Below, piece by piece: positions 35,224-35,243 of a DNA stretch of 35,243 bases (the first letter of the stretch is position 1; each line of letters starts with the position of its first letter). A program made the translations under genes and the position numbers. Origin of the DNA: a virus (Duplodnaviria > Caudoviricetes); IMG/VR virus record IMGVR_UViG_3300023293_000046, positions 1 to 35,243 of that record. One strand, given 5' to 3'. The notes under the pieces are model-generated. The model was not told where the DNA came from. It was given only the letters and a program-made list of their open reading frames with translations, and did not search any database.

Positions 35224-35243
35224 AAACTTTAATAAATAACAAA

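Noticed and set aside
1-35243. tRNA or rRNA genes, integrase, CI-type repressor, alternative genetic code
   Set aside because: None recognised by eye; long ORFs are intact under the standard code and use TAA, TAG and TGA stops.

Overview
This window is an apparently complete, circularly assembled ~35.1-kb tailed dsDNA phage genome: positions 1-126 are repeated at 35098-35223. The host is most likely a Bacteroidota (Flavobacteriia-like) bacterium, based on TAnnTTTG promoters, a DUF3127 SSB and the lack of Shine-Dalgarno sequences. Modules: terminase, neck/tail/tape measure, a small opposite-strand island, Clp-type prohead protease, capsid, tail tube, portal, receptor-binding protein, M15 endolysin with holins, RecT/exonuclease/SSB/NinG, a helicase-methyltransferase fusion, a metallophosphoesterase, replication initiator, DnaB and a C5 methyltransferase. 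No integrase or other recombinase was recognised. The stand-out feature is two arrays of integron-like gene cassettes: 5 cassettes at 26633-28362 and 2 cassettes across the origin, 34901-35097 plus 1-496. Each small gene is preceded by an attC-like hairpin (AAC-N5-GNNTAW...WTANNN-N3-GTT) and bracketed by its own cassette-specific inverted arms. Both arrays end in the same ~53-bp non-hairpin, attI-like site. The genes point towards that site, the reverse of classical integrons, and the phage encodes no recombinase. This suggests a phage-borne cassette-capture platform that uses a recombinase supplied in trans. All product calls come from motif recognition, not database searches.
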